The notes: generated by a model from the sequence alone, not told the origin. Positions 1 through 9,815 are shown, numbered from the stretch's first letter. The stretch: 55,561 nt of DNA from Bacteroidia bacterium (GCA_044360435.1 JBIKKI010000002.1:1-55561); one strand, 5' to 3'. Numbers and translations are program-made.

Positions 1-2768
1 TTCGCGAAAACGACCTTGAACTGTTGAAAGCCAGACCAAATTCTGGTGCAAACACCGCCGCCCTTCAGGGTAAGCTGGTGTATCAGTTCAACAAACAAAC
101 AGATTTTACGGTGTTTGGCAGCTACTTTGGCCAGAGCGCTTATGCTGCTACAAACTCCATCATGAACTATGGACTGAACCCCCGCACAGACGCGAGCACG
201 GTTCGTACTTATGCCAGGTTCACCCAAAAATTGAAAAATGCTGAAGGTTCTGCCATTCAGAACGCATTTTATACCATTCGCTTTGATTACCAGAGCAGTG
301 CTTCTAAAACACGTGATGCCAATCACCTGGACAGGTTCTTCGATTACGGAAACCTCGGTGCGTTCACGCATTATCCTACCGAAGCATTTGCATATTCGCA
401 CGGCGATGCCAGCGGAAACCCCAACAGGCAGCCACGTCGTGTGCGCGACCAGTTCGGCAACATCGTATTTATCAGGGACTACTGGGAACAAATAGGTTTT
501 ACCGACACACTGGTAACCTTTACGCCCAGCGGCCTGAACCCCTTGCGTGCCAACTATACCAGCAACCTTTACGATTATATCGCGGGTTTGGGCGGCAAGG
601 TGCGTAACGACAATACCATCATCAACAACCAAGGTTTGTTGAATGGATTCAATCCTCCAAACGTTTACTCACTGTGGTCCACTCCGGGAACTGTAACCGC
701 CAACTGGAGTAAAAGCCAGGCGGAGCGTTATACCGTGTTTGCGATGGGTGAGTTCCAGGTGAAAGGCAAGGAAGCGGAAGGTCAGGTGCGTACACCACAC
801 GACATCCAGTTTGGCTTGACCTACGAACAGGAAATCCAGCGCGGCTATGGCCTTGGCGCCAATGGACTGTGGATTCTGATGCGCCAGCTGGCCAACAAAC
901 ACATCTCTGAACTGGACGTAAATAACCCCATTCTTTCCTACGACCAGTGGGGCGTTTTCCAGGATACCGTGCGCTACAACCGCCTCATCAACTACAACGA
1001 ACAGAGCATGTTCGACAAGAACCTCCGCTCCAAGCTGATTGCAAGCGGTGCTAAAGACGTGTACGGAAAACCAATCACCGAAAGCACCTTCCTGGACATC
1101 AATGCCATGGATCCTTCAACCTTCGACCTGAACATGTTCAATGCAGATGAACTGCTGAACAATGGTAATGGTTACGTTTCTTACTTCGGTTACGACCACT
1201 TGGGTAATAAGGTGCGCGGACGTCCGGCCATCGATAACTTTATCTTCGACCGCGACAACCGTACCATTGGTGCCTTCCAGCCTGTATATATGGCTGCCTG
1301 GGTTCAGGACCAGTTTGCATACAAAGACCTGATTCTTCGTGTGGGTCTGCGCATGGAACGCTACGATGCGAACCAGCGCGTACTGGAAGATCCTTACAGC
1401 CTGTATCCAATGAAGACTGCTGCTGAGGTTTCCGAGTTGAATGGTTTGAATGTGGTTCACCCCGACAACATCAAGGGTACTTATAAAGTATATGTGAACG
1501 ACATTAATTCACCAACCCGCATCATTGGTTATCGCGATGGCGTGCAGTGGTACGATGCCAATGGCGGTGAAGTAACCAACCCTGAAATTCTTGCAAACCA
1601 AACCAGCAACGGACGTATTGCACCTTACCTGGTTGATCCAAATAACCAGCAGATTACTCCTGCTTCCTTCAAAGACTTTACCCCGGCAATCAACATGTTG
1701 CCACGTATCTGGTTCCAGTTCCCCATTGACAGAACCAAATTGTTCTACGCGAGCTACGATGTTCTGGCGCAGCGCCCCAACTCAGGTGCTTCATTCCTGA
1801 CCATCGACGAACTATACTTCCTTAAAAACAGACAGGGTAGTGTGATTTCCAATGGCGATTTGAAGCCACGCATTAAAACAGATTATGAAGTGGGCTTCAA
1901 GCAGCAAATTGGCAAAACTAGCGGCATCGAACTTACAGCCAGCTACAGCGAAATCCGCGGCGACTTTGGTTTGTACCAAATCAACCAGGGCTTTCCGGTA
2001 ACGTATTCTACATACAGAAACATTGACTTCAGCACTGTAAAGAGCTTCCGTGTTCAGTACATCCTGACCCAACTCGGTCCGGTAAGTCTGACCGCAAACT
2101 ACACGCTGCAGTTTGCCGATGGAACCGGTTCCAACATCAACTCACAGCAGGCGTTGATTGCAAGCAACCAGCCCAACCTGCGCACCATGATTCCTTTGGG
2201 TGAACTGGACATCCGTCATGCCATCAAAGGTGTGTTCAACATTGGTTGGGAAGGTGGCAAGGATAAGTATGGTAAGAACCTCTACACCGGCCCAAGGATT
2301 GGTGGAAAAGAAGTGTTCAAATTCACCAACCTGAACATGATGTTCTTCGCCATCAGCGGAGCACCTTATACACCCACTACACAGCCCGTGCAAATTGGCG
2401 CCGTAGACCGTGCACAGATCAAGGGCGTTCCGTTTGGAGCCCGTTTGCCCTGGCAGTTTACCATCAATGCCAACCTGAGCAAGTCGTTCGAAATCAACCG
2501 CGGAACCGGCAAGCGCCCGCTGATGGCTAATGCATACCTGTGGGTAGAAAACGCACTCAATGGCCGCAACATCGTGAGCGTTTATCGCTACACCGGACTG
2601 CCTACAGACGATGGATTCCTGAATTCACCACAAGGTCAATTGGCCATTCAGCGCCAAATCAATGCACAGAGCTATGTTGATTTGTACCGCGCACTGCTGA
2701 ACACCCAGGGTGGTAACTACGCGGCACCAAGAACCATTCGTTTGGGCATTCGCTTCAACATCAACTAA
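1..2768 (+). CDS. TonB-dependent-receptor-like outer-membrane beta-barrel protein; C-terminal >=914 aa, with the 5' end outside the window
   Basis: The frame is open from nt 3, upstream of the track's TTG at 24, so the gene is 5'-truncated. The protein has a long alternating beta-strand pattern rich in G, N, Y and T. It contains a TBDR-like segment AAWVQDQFAYKDLILRVGLRMERYD and a terminal strand RTIRLGIRFNIN. Confidence 0.7.
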   Translation, partial: RENDLELLKARPNSGANTAALQGKLVYQFNKQTDFTVFGSYFGQSAYAATNSIMNYGLNPRTDASTVRTYARFTQKLKNAEGSAIQNAFYTIRFDYQSSASKTRDANHLDRFFDYGNLGAFTHYPTEAFAYSHGDASGNPNRQPRRVRDQFGNIVFIRDYWEQIGFTDTLVTFTPSGLNPLRANYTSNLYDYIAGLGGKVRNDNTIINNQGLLNGFNPPNVYSLWSTPGTVTANWSKSQAERYTVFAMGEFQVKGKEAEGQVRTPHDIQFGLTYEQEIQRGYGLGANGLWILMRQLANKHISELDVNNPILSYDQWGVFQDTVRYNRLINYNEQSMFDKNLRSKLIASGAKDVYGKPITESTFLDINAMDPSTFDLNMFNADELLNNGNGYVSYFGYDHLGNKVRGRPAIDNFIFDRDNRTIGAFQPVYMAAWVQDQFAYKDLILRVGLRMERYDANQRVLEDPYSLYPMKTAAEVSELNGLNVVHPDNIKGTYKVYVNDINSPTRIIGYRDGVQWYDANGGEVTNPEILANQTSNGRIAPYLVDPNNQQITPASFKDFTPAINMLPRIWFQFPIDRTKLFYASYDVLAQRPNSGASFLTIDELYFLKNRQGSVISNGDLKPRIKTDYEVGFKQQIGKTSGIELTASYSEIRGDFGLYQINQGFPVTYSTYRNIDFSTVKSFRVQYILTQLGPVSLTANYTLQFADGTGSNINSQQALIASNQPNLRTMIPLGELDIRHAIKGVFNIGWEGGKDKYGKNLYTGPRIGGKEVFKFTNLNMMFFAISGAPYTPTTQPVQIGAVDRAQIKGVPFGARLPWQFTINANLSKSFEINRGTGKRPLMANAYLWVENALNGRNIVSVYRYTGLPTDDGFLNSPQGQLAIQRQINAQSYVDLYRALLNTQGGNYAAPRTIRLGIRFNIN

Positions 2769-2815
2769 GATCCTAGGATAGAGTTCATTAAATAGGTCTT
2801 TAAAGCAACAGTGAT

Positions 2816-5800
2816 ATGAGACAAAGAGCAAAATATATCTTCAGCGGTATGCTGATGTTGGTGGCCCTGTCAGCCGTTCAGGCCAGGCCCGTCACCAACC
2901 TGAATCCCCGGAGCAAACCCATAACTCAGGATCGCCGCATGAACATGTTCGCAAACACTTGCGAACCTGCAACGCAGAGCGCCGACCTGGACATCAATAA
3001 CGTACGTACCAAAATCCTGAACGGTGGCGACATGTGGTGGGATTTGAACAATCCAAAGTATGAAGTACCAAAAGTTACCGATGCAAATGCAGTGCGTAAA
3101 CATGCGCTGTTTAGCGGTGCCTTGTGGATTGGCGGTCTGGACGACGGTGGGAACCTGAAGCTGGCGGCCATGACTTACCGTCAGCGCGGAAGCGATTTCT
3201 GGCCGGGTCCGTTGGATACAACAACCGCCGGCACCGATCCACAGCGTTGTAAAGCCTATGACCGTATCTGGAAAGTGACCAGAACGGAAATGGAAGAAGC
3301 CGAAGCCAATAACTGGATAAATCCGGCTGCCGGTATCACCGAATGGCCTGCTGGTCTGAATCGACCATACGCCACCAGTTCTACAGAGCCTAAATCATTG
3401 GCTCCATTTAAAGACATCAACAGCAACGGCATTTATGAACCATTCCAGGGCGAACACCCGGTACTGGATACCCGTAGGCCAATCAGTGAAAATGGTGTAG
3501 ATCGCCAGCCCGACATGATGTTGTGGTTCTGCTACAACGACAAAGGAAACATCCACAGTGAAACTCAGGGTGTTCCCATTGGTATAGAATTGCATACCAC
3601 CGCTTTCGCGTTCGCAACGAACGACGAGGTGAACAATATGACTTTCTATTCCACAGAAGTCATCAACCGCAGTTTCAGCAAAATCAACCAGACCTATTTC
3701 GGTCAGTGGGTAGATGCGGATCTCGGCAACTACGCGGATGACTACGTTGGCTGCGACGTTGATCGCGCTCTGGGTTACTGCTATAATGGTGATGAAGACG
3801 ATGAAGGCGTATTGGGTTATGGCCTGAATCCTCCTTCTGTAGGTGTTGACTTTTTCGAAGGTCCACGTGACTCTGCCGGTAATGAATTGGGCATGGGTGC
3901 GTTCATGTATTACAACAACGACAACAACCCGATCAACGGGAACCCCGATTTGGCTCAGGAGTTTTACAACCTGCTCCGCGGACGTTGGCTCGGTGGCCAG
4001 AACGTTACCTTTGGCGGAAACGGTATTGGTGGTTCACAAACAACCCGTTACATGTTCTCTGCGGGTACAGATCCAGCCTTCCCGGGTCAGTGCTGGGATG
4101 AACGCAGCTCCGGAAACCGTCCAGGTGACCGCCGCTTCCTTCAGTCTTCCGGTCCATTCACCATGTATCCCGGTGCAGTGAACCGCGTGACCGTGGGTGT
4201 GGTTTGGGCGCGTACCACTTCCGGTGGTGCAGGCCAACCGTGTGCAGGTGCTGCTCAGGGCTCCTTAACCTTGCTCAGATTGGCTTCCGACAAAGCGCAG
4301 CGTTTGTTCAACAACAACTTTAAAATCCTTGACGGGCCCGATGCTCCAGATGTGGAAATGCAGGAACTTGAAGGTGAACTCGTGATGAAGCTGGTGAACA
4401 CCAACAGCAATAAAGTTGAAGGTTATACTGAAGACTACATCAACGAAGCCAATAAAAAGCTTACCTACAAGTTCCAGGGCTATCTGGTTTATCAGCTGAA
4501 GGACGCTACCGTAAATACAGGTGACCTTGAGAATGTTGATAAAGCGCGCCTGTTGTTTCAGTGTGACGTGAAAGACAATTTCGCCCAGATCATCAACCGC
4601 GTATTTGACCCGAAAGTTAATGCCTACATCCCCGAAGAAAAAGTAAACGGTGAAAACATTGGCCTGAGGCATTCCTTCAGCATCAAGAAGGATTTGTTCG
4701 CAACCGGTGCCAACCAGGGTTTGGTTGATTTCAGAACATACTACTATATGGTGCTGTCTTACGGTGTATTGTCCGATGACACACTGTCTACAGAGCCACA
4801 ACAATTCCTCGCAGGCCGCAGAAACATTCAGGTAGTCAAGGCCATTCCGCATAAAACAGATCCTGAGAACTTTGGAACCCGTTTGAATGCCGGTTACGGC
4901 AGTGGTCCTACTTTGCAGCGCATCGAAGGACGCGGAAATGGTGGAAACGTGCTTGAGTTCACTGAGGAAACGGTTAACGAAATTTTGGCGAACAACGAAA
5001 GCAAGTTCCCCAAATACCTGGGTGGAAATGGCCCGGCGAAAATCAAAGTTGTAGATCCGCTGAAAGTTCCTAAAGCGAATTTTGAACTCTACATCTTGGA
5101 GCCTAATCCCCGCACGCGTCCAACTGCACAAGGCTGGCAGGATACCATTCGTGACTCCAGCACTTGGATGCTGGTGAATAAAACCACCAACGACACAGTT
5201 TTCAGCGATGCCACGCTGGCCTATAAGTTCGAGTCGCTGCAGGGAAGACCAGCACTAACGAATAACCCAAGCCCTTCAAAATTAGGTCGGGTTAGCTTAA
5301 GCGATTGGGGGCTCAGTGTAGAATTGGAGCAAGTGAATAATCCGGGTACTAGGCCACAGGCGGATGTTGCGAATGGACTGCTCGACTGGAGTGTTGAGTT
5401 TGAGGATCCGGGAAGGCCCTGGCTCACAGCAGTCGTTGATAATGATGCTGCTCAGGGAGGAAATATCTGGCAGAACTGGATTCGCTCCGGTAACGCCGGA
5501 CGCGGTTCTACCTTCAGCCCCTATGAGCATGACATGCAGGATGCCAATGGAAACCCGCTCGATCCCAACGGTTCTTATGAGAAAATCTGGAACGGAAGGA
5601 TTGCGCCTTACGCGCTTGCCGCTCGTGCCGGTCTTGAAGCCACTACAAATAGAAACACCTTCGGTATGGCCTGGAGAAACAGTGCTGTTTCTGACAATCC
5701 TTTAACCGAACTCGCAAGCATTGACCTGGTAATTACTCCGGATCGTTCAAAATGGACTGAATGTATCGTTCTTGAAATGGCGGATGATCAGGTGAAGAGC

Positions 5801-6739
5801 AGCACTGAAGGTCAGATGGATAAATTCAACATGCGTTGGGGAAGCAGCCGCGACAGGGAGCTTAAAGCTACCGGTGGTCAGGGCAAGAGTTATTTCCCGG
5901 GTTATGCCATGAATTTGGAAACCGGCGAACGTTTGAATCTGGCTTTTGGTGAAGACAGCTATCTGCCAGGGGAAAACGGTCAGGATATGATCTGGAACCC
6001 TACATCAACGTTCTTTAACGACAATGGCAATTATCCTGCATTGGGCGGTAAGCACTTCATTTATGTATTCGGAACCGGTAATAGTTTCGGTGTACAGCGC
6101 ACTGTAAAAGGTAAAAAGTATCCTGAAGGCATTAACGATTATGCTTCTGTGCTTCTTCCCGGTTCTGCCGGAGCTTCACCCGGAACCGTTGACAAGAGAA
6201 GGGTACTTTCTCAAATTATGTGGGTGATTCCAACGATGATGGCACCAGGCTATTCTATGAAGGATGGAGTTCCGCCAACTGAAGTTCGCATACGCATCCG
6301 AATCAAGAAGGCCTACACCACCTATAACACTTCAGGAGCACCTGTAAATAACAATCTGCCGGTATATGCCTTCAACAGTGAGGATATTGCTCCGGCCATT
6401 TCCACAGAGCATGGTAAGAAATCTCTGGATTTGGTAAATGTGGTGCCGAACCCCTACAGGGCATTCAGTAAATACGAAACCAGTCCAATTGATGCACGTG
6501 TGAAAATCACAAACCTGCCACCAACATGTACCATCAGTATTTACAACCTGAGTGGTGCCTTGGTAAGGCGTATTGAGAAGGCGGATGATCGCACCTTCGT
6601 AGACTGGGATTTGAAGAATGACGCCAGCGTTCCGATTGCGAGTGGTTTGTACATCATCCACGTTAAAGCCCCGGATTTAGGTGAAAAAATCATCAGGTGG
6701 TACGGCATCATGCACTCTGTGGACCTGGATAGTTATTAA
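2816..6739 (+). CDS. Large (1307 aa) secreted protein of unknown function with a T9SS CTD-like C-terminal fold
   Basis: It has a signal peptide (MRQRAKYIFSGMLMLVALSAVQA). The last ~100 aa (VVPNPYRAFSK...ISIYNLSGALVRRI...ASGLYIIHVKAPD...) follow the T9SS type A sorting-domain pattern, then continue for ~20 more residues. I recognised no catalytic motif. It starts 47 nt after the upstream barrel gene. Confidence 0.6.
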   Translation: MRQRAKYIFSGMLMLVALSAVQARPVTNLNPRSKPITQDRRMNMFANTCEPATQSADLDINNVRTKILNGGDMWWDLNNPKYEVPKVTDANAVRKHALFSGALWIGGLDDGGNLKLAAMTYRQRGSDFWPGPLDTTTAGTDPQRCKAYDRIWKVTRTEMEEAEANNWINPAAGITEWPAGLNRPYATSSTEPKSLAPFKDINSNGIYEPFQGEHPVLDTRRPISENGVDRQPDMMLWFCYNDKGNIHSETQGVPIGIELHTTAFAFATNDEVNNMTFYSTEVINRSFSKINQTYFGQWVDADLGNYADDYVGCDVDRALGYCYNGDEDDEGVLGYGLNPPSVGVDFFEGPRDSAGNELGMGAFMYYNNDNNPINGNPDLAQEFYNLLRGRWLGGQNVTFGGNGIGGSQTTRYMFSAGTDPAFPGQCWDERSSGNRPGDRRFLQSSGPFTMYPGAVNRVTVGVVWARTTSGGAGQPCAGAAQGSLTLLRLASDKAQRLFNNNFKILDGPDAPDVEMQELEGELVMKLVNTNSNKVEGYTEDYINEANKKLTYKFQGYLVYQLKDATVNTGDLENVDKARLLFQCDVKDNFAQIINRVFDPKVNAYIPEEKVNGENIGLRHSFSIKKDLFATGANQGLVDFRTYYYMVLSYGVLSDDTLSTEPQQFLAGRRNIQVVKAIPHKTDPENFGTRLNAGYGSGPTLQRIEGRGNGGNVLEFTEETVNEILANNESKFPKYLGGNGPAKIKVVDPLKVPKANFELYILEPNPRTRPTAQGWQDTIRDSSTWMLVNKTTNDTVFSDATLAYKFESLQGRPALTNNPSPSKLGRVSLSDWGLSVELEQVNNPGTRPQADVANGLLDWSVEFEDPGRPWLTAVVDNDAAQGGNIWQNWIRSGNAGRGSTFSPYEHDMQDANGNPLDPNGSYEKIWNGRIAPYALAARAGLEATTNRNTFGMAWRNSAVSDNPLTELASIDLVITPDRSKWTECIVLEMADDQVKSSTEGQMDKFNMRWGSSRDRELKATGGQGKSYFPGYAMNLETGERLNLAFGEDSYLPGENGQDMIWNPTSTFFNDNGNYPALGGKHFIYVFGTGNSFGVQRTVKGKKYPEGINDYASVLLPGSAGASPGTVDKRRVLSQIMWVIPTMMAPGYSMKDGVPPTEVRIRIRIKKAYTTYNTSGAPVNNNLPVYAFNSEDIAPAISTEHGKKSLDLVNVVPNPYRAFSKYETSPIDARVKITNLPPTCTISIYNLSGALVRRIEKADDRTFVDWDLKNDASVPIASGLYIIHVKAPDLGEKIIRWYGIMHSVDLDSY

Positions 6740-6766
6740 CGGAATTTAACCCCAAAAAGAAAAAAC

Positions 6767-7864
6767 ATGAATCTTAATAAAGCATGGAGCCTTGCCGCAG
6801 CACTTTGTTCCGGTATTGTGCTGTGGGCAGGAAATCCCGACCGTCAGGGTCAGGCAGGTGCCCAACAACTTGTGGTAAATGGCTGGGGCCGCAACTCCTC
6901 CTGGGGTTGGTCTGGGGTGAGTACTGCCAAAGGTGTCGAAGCTACTTATGTAAATATCGCTGGTTTGGCACGCGCAAACATGACAGAAGCCGCATTCTCG
7001 CGCACCAATTGGCTGAGCGGAAGTGGTATCAACATCAACAGCTTTGGTTTGGCTCAGAAGGTGAGTGAAGACGGCGTTCTTGGAGTAAGCGTTATGCAAT
7101 GGCAAGTTGCACCAATCGTAATCACCACTGAAGACCAGCCTTATGGTGGTTTGGGAACATACCGCGTGAGCATGACAAACTTTGGTGTTGGCTATGGTAA
7201 AACATTCAATACCATTACGGCGGGTGTAATGTTTCGCGCAGTAAGTGAAGGTATTCCAGATGCCAGGGCTTTAGGTGTGAGCATGGATGCCGGCGTTCAA
7301 TATGTGAATACGGCCAACCCTGCAAGTACGATCAAGAAAAACGATATCCACTTCGGCTTGGTGGTTAAGAACATCGGACCGGATATGCGCCACAATGGGG
7401 ATGGTTTAAGTACCAAAGCAGTAGTAACAAACGGCGATTTCACCAAAACCCTCCAACACCGCGTGGATCGCTTTCAATTGCCCACCGTTCTTGCGATGAG
7501 TGCTGCGTATGATTTTCGACTTGACAGCGATCCCGGATTGTACATGCACCGTTTGACTGTAGCCCTGGGTTTTGCGAATCATGCCTTCCAGAATAACGAA
7601 ACCAGCCTGGGTATGGAATATGCGTACAATAATTTCATTTCCGGCAGATTAGGCTTTACGTATCAGGAAGGAATTTTCAACTACGATACCCGCATCACGG
7701 CCTATACGGGTTTGAATGCCGGCTTGTCTTTGGATGTTCCCTTCAAAACCGGTAAGGACAGCAAATCCAACCTCGGTATTGACTATAGCTATCGCGCCAC
7801 GAATCCTTTTGGAGGTACTCATACCTTCGGTGTGCGCATTGACCTGAATTACGAAAACGAATAA
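6767..7864 (+). CDS. PorV/PorQ-family-like outer-membrane beta-barrel protein
   Basis: It has a signal peptide. The N-terminal motif AGAQQLVVNGWGRNSSWGWSGVSTAKGVEATYVNIAGLA resembles the conserved PorV/PorQ start (..G.A..NPAGLA). The rest is an alternating beta-strand pattern that ends GTHTFGVRIDLNYENE. It starts 27 nt after the 1307-aa gene. Confidence 0.55.
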   Translation: MNLNKAWSLAAALCSGIVLWAGNPDRQGQAGAQQLVVNGWGRNSSWGWSGVSTAKGVEATYVNIAGLARANMTEAAFSRTNWLSGSGININSFGLAQKVSEDGVLGVSVMQWQVAPIVITTEDQPYGGLGTYRVSMTNFGVGYGKTFNTITAGVMFRAVSEGIPDARALGVSMDAGVQYVNTANPASTIKKNDIHFGLVVKNIGPDMRHNGDGLSTKAVVTNGDFTKTLQHRVDRFQLPTVLAMSAAYDFRLDSDPGLYMHRLTVALGFANHAFQNNETSLGMEYAYNNFISGRLGFTYQEGIFNYDTRITAYTGLNAGLSLDVPFKTGKDSKSNLGIDYSYRATNPFGGTHTFGVRIDLNYENE

Positions 7865-7883
7865 GGTCGAAACTTATCTTTGT

Positions 7884-7919
7884 AGTGTTGCACCTAAAAG
7901 GGTGCAACACTTTTTTTTT
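7884..7919 (+). terminator. Rho-independent terminator ending the three-gene outer-membrane operon
   Basis: An 11-bp perfect stem, agtgttgcacc / ggtgcaacact, has a 6-nt loop and is followed by T9. Confidence 0.85.
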
Positions 7920-7948
7920 AAACCCAAGCGTAAAAGAGTAAAAGAATT

Positions 7949-8422
7949 ATGAGCGAGATTACCTATTTGACAAAGGAAGGTATGGAGAAACTCAAGCAGG
8001 AATTGCATGAGTTGAAAGCGGTGGAACGCCCCAAGATTTCACGCGCAATAGCCGAAGCAAGAGAAAAGGGAGACCTCAGCGAGAATGCCGAATATGATGC
8101 CGCAAAAGAGGCACAGGGGATGTTGGAAATGAAGATTGCCCAACTTCAAACCTTATTGTCGAATGCACGCCTTATTGATGCCTCCAAAGTGGATACGAGC
8201 AAAGTAACCATTCTGAGTTCAGTGCGTGTAATGAACCACAGCCTGAAGAAGGAATTTACCTTCATGTTGGTGAGTGAAAAGGAAGCCGACCTGAAGCTGG
8301 GCAAGATTTCGGTTAAATCAGCGATTGGTTCGGCTTTAATGGGTCGTCATGTGGGTGATGTGGTGGAAGTGCAGGTTCCTGCCGGCCTCATGAAGATGGA
8401 AGTTCTGGAAATATTCCGTTAA
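7949..8422 (+). CDS. greA: Transcription elongation factor GreA
   Basis: It is 157 aa. The N-terminal coiled coil ...LTKEGMEKLKQELHELK..RPKISRAIAEAREKGDLSENAEYDAAKEAQ is a typical GreA signature. Confidence 0.95.
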   Translation: MSEITYLTKEGMEKLKQELHELKAVERPKISRAIAEAREKGDLSENAEYDAAKEAQGMLEMKIAQLQTLLSNARLIDASKVDTSKVTILSSVRVMNHSLKKEFTFMLVSEKEADLKLGKISVKSAIGSALMGRHVGDVVEVQVPAGLMKMEVLEIFR

Positions 8423-8821
8423 ATGGCGTCCATTTTTACGAAAATCATAAACCGGGAAATTCCGGCACATATTCTTGCGGAATCAGATCGTTTTATTGCG
8501 TTTCTGGACGTGAACCCCTTGGTTATGGGCCATGCTTTGGTTGTGCCGAAGGCTGAAGTGGATGATGTGTTCGATTTGGCTGACGTTGAACTTCAGGAGG
8601 CACTGACATTCGCGCGCACCGTTGCCCAGGGCATCCGGAAAGTGATTTCCTGCCGGAAGGTTGGTGTTTCAGTAGTTGGGCTTGAGGTGCCACATGCCCA
8701 TATTCACCTGATTCCGCTGAACCGCGTGGATGATATGAATTTTGGAAAACCCAAGCTGAAACCGGAACAAAGCGAATTGGCCAGTTTGGCAGCAGCAATA
8801 CGCACCGCTATCGAGCACTAA
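8423..8821 (+). CDS. HIT-family (histidine triad) nucleotide hydrolase
   Basis: It contains the HxHxHxx motif HAHIHLIP. At 132 aa it is a typical HIT size. Its ATG directly follows the greA TAA. Confidence 0.9.
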   Translation: MASIFTKIINREIPAHILAESDRFIAFLDVNPLVMGHALVVPKAEVDDVFDLADVELQEALTFARTVAQGIRKVISCRKVGVSVVGLEVPHAHIHLIPLNRVDDMNFGKPKLKPEQSELASLAAAIRTAIEH

Positions 8822-9403
8822 TTACAACAGCCTTTTAGGGTTGTTGCTGATAAACTTAGCCCAGGCATCCTTTTTAGCATTCTTTTTGTTCTGTGTGCGG
8901 CCAATTTTGCCGGGGTCAGCTTGAAAGAAATGGCAAACGCTGGCCGCGAGCCCGTCCGTAGCGTCAAACTTTTCCGGAAGAACATCAATAGACATTAATT
9001 GTTGTAGTATGGCAGCAACCTGTTCTTTGCTGGCGCTCCCATTGCCTGTTACGCTTTGCTTGATTTTTCTGGGACTGTATTCGAATACTTCAACATCTTT
9101 ATCAAGGGCAGCACCAATAGCAACACCCTGAGCACGTCCCAGCTTCAGCATGCTTTGTACGTTTTTGCCAAAAAATGGAGCTTCTAATGCCATCTCGCCA
9201 ACGCTGTGTAAAAGGATGAGTTCTGTCATCCTGATATGAATGCGTTTAAGCCTTTCGGCATGGTCTCGCACTTTTTCCAGCCTAAGAACGCCAAGGTCAA
9301 GCATTTCAAAACGCTTCCCATTGCAGCCGATAACTCCATAACCAAGGATTTGGGTGCCGGGGTCAACGCCTAGAATGATTCGTTCATAAGAAACTGGTGC
9401 CAT
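8822..9403 (-). CDS. ruvC: Crossover junction endodeoxyribonuclease RuvC
   Basis: The N-terminus is ERIILGVDPGTQILGYGVI. The central RuvC-like segment is LEAPFFGKNVQSMLKLGRAQGVA. The length is 193 aa. Confidence 0.93.
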   Translation of the reverse strand: MAPVSYERIILGVDPGTQILGYGVIGCNGKRFEMLDLGVLRLEKVRDHAERLKRIHIRMTELILLHSVGEMALEAPFFGKNVQSMLKLGRAQGVAIGAALDKDVEVFEYSPRKIKQSVTGNGSASKEQVAAILQQLMSIDVLPEKFDATDGLAASVCHFFQADPGKIGRTQNKKNAKKDAWAKFISNNPKRLL

Positions 9404-9454
9404 GATGGCAAAGTTCCGATTTTGCCGGGGTATTTTAAATTTTAAATATCCGTT

Positions 9455-9495
9455 GACTCGAACCCGTCCCTACCTTGTAGGGATGACAGGGCGGC
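9455..9495 (-). pseudogene. tRNA-Asp-derived remnant (anticodon arm and T arm blocks only)
   Basis: On the minus strand it reads GCCGCCCTGTCA-TCCCTACAAGGTAGGGA-CGGGTTCGAGTC. The two 12-nt end blocks are identical to the tRNA-Asp at 9827-9900 and lie in the same order and orientation. The middle is replaced by a hairpin and there is no acceptor 3' strand. Confidence 0.55.
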
Positions 9496-9765
9496 TTAAA
9501 AGTTGAACTGTTGTACAATATTTGTATGCTCTGGGATTTTCAGTATCAGTTTTTCGCGGCTATATTTTTTAATTTTTCGTTCCATGATCAGTGCCTCTGT
9601 TTTGGTGCAAAAGTGAAAAACCGCCACGATTTTCCAGGGGCCCTTTAGTGCTGTGGAAACTACTTCATTGTTGTTGTGCTGTAATAATCTGAGGTTGGGG
9701 TTTGCAGAAACACCTTTGTAAAAACGACCATGAGTATTTTGGATGATGTAGAGGTAAAAAGCCAT
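9496..9765 (-). CDS. Small standalone GIY-YIG nuclease family protein
   Basis: MAFYLYIIQNTHGRFYKGVSANPNLRLLQHNN...EALIMERKIKK carries the GIY (YLYII) and YIG (FYKGVS) elements plus the conserved R and E. I use the start at 9765, because the longer track ORF (to 9801) runs through the tRNA terminator hairpin. Confidence 0.85.
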   Translation of the reverse strand: MAFYLYIIQNTHGRFYKGVSANPNLRLLQHNNNEVVSTALKGPWKIVAVFHFCTKTEALIMERKIKKYSREKLILKIPEHTNIVQQFNF

Positions 9766-9781
9766 AAAACGTAAAAACGAC

Positions 9782-9815
9782 AAAAAAATAAAAGCCCCCA
9801 TCTCTGGGGGCTTTT
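9782..9815 (-). terminator. Rho-independent terminator downstream of tRNA-Asp
   Basis: An 11-bp perfect stem, aaaagccccca / tgggggctttt, has a 4-nt loop. On the minus strand it is followed by ATTTTTTTG. Confidence 0.8.

Noticed and set aside
4265-5131. A 288-aa ORF antisense within the 1307-aa gene
   Set aside because: It lies fully inside a long uninterrupted sense ORF that has a signal peptide and a CTD-like end. It has no independent signals.
2816-6739. The idea that the 1307-aa protein is PorU, because porU-porV are adjacent in known T9SS loci
   Set aside because: I could not find the gingipain/C25-peptidase-like His/Cys motif context or the typical PorU N-terminal repeats by eye. I kept only the looser analogy of a CTD-retaining protein with a PorV-like barrel. 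This needs an HMM check.
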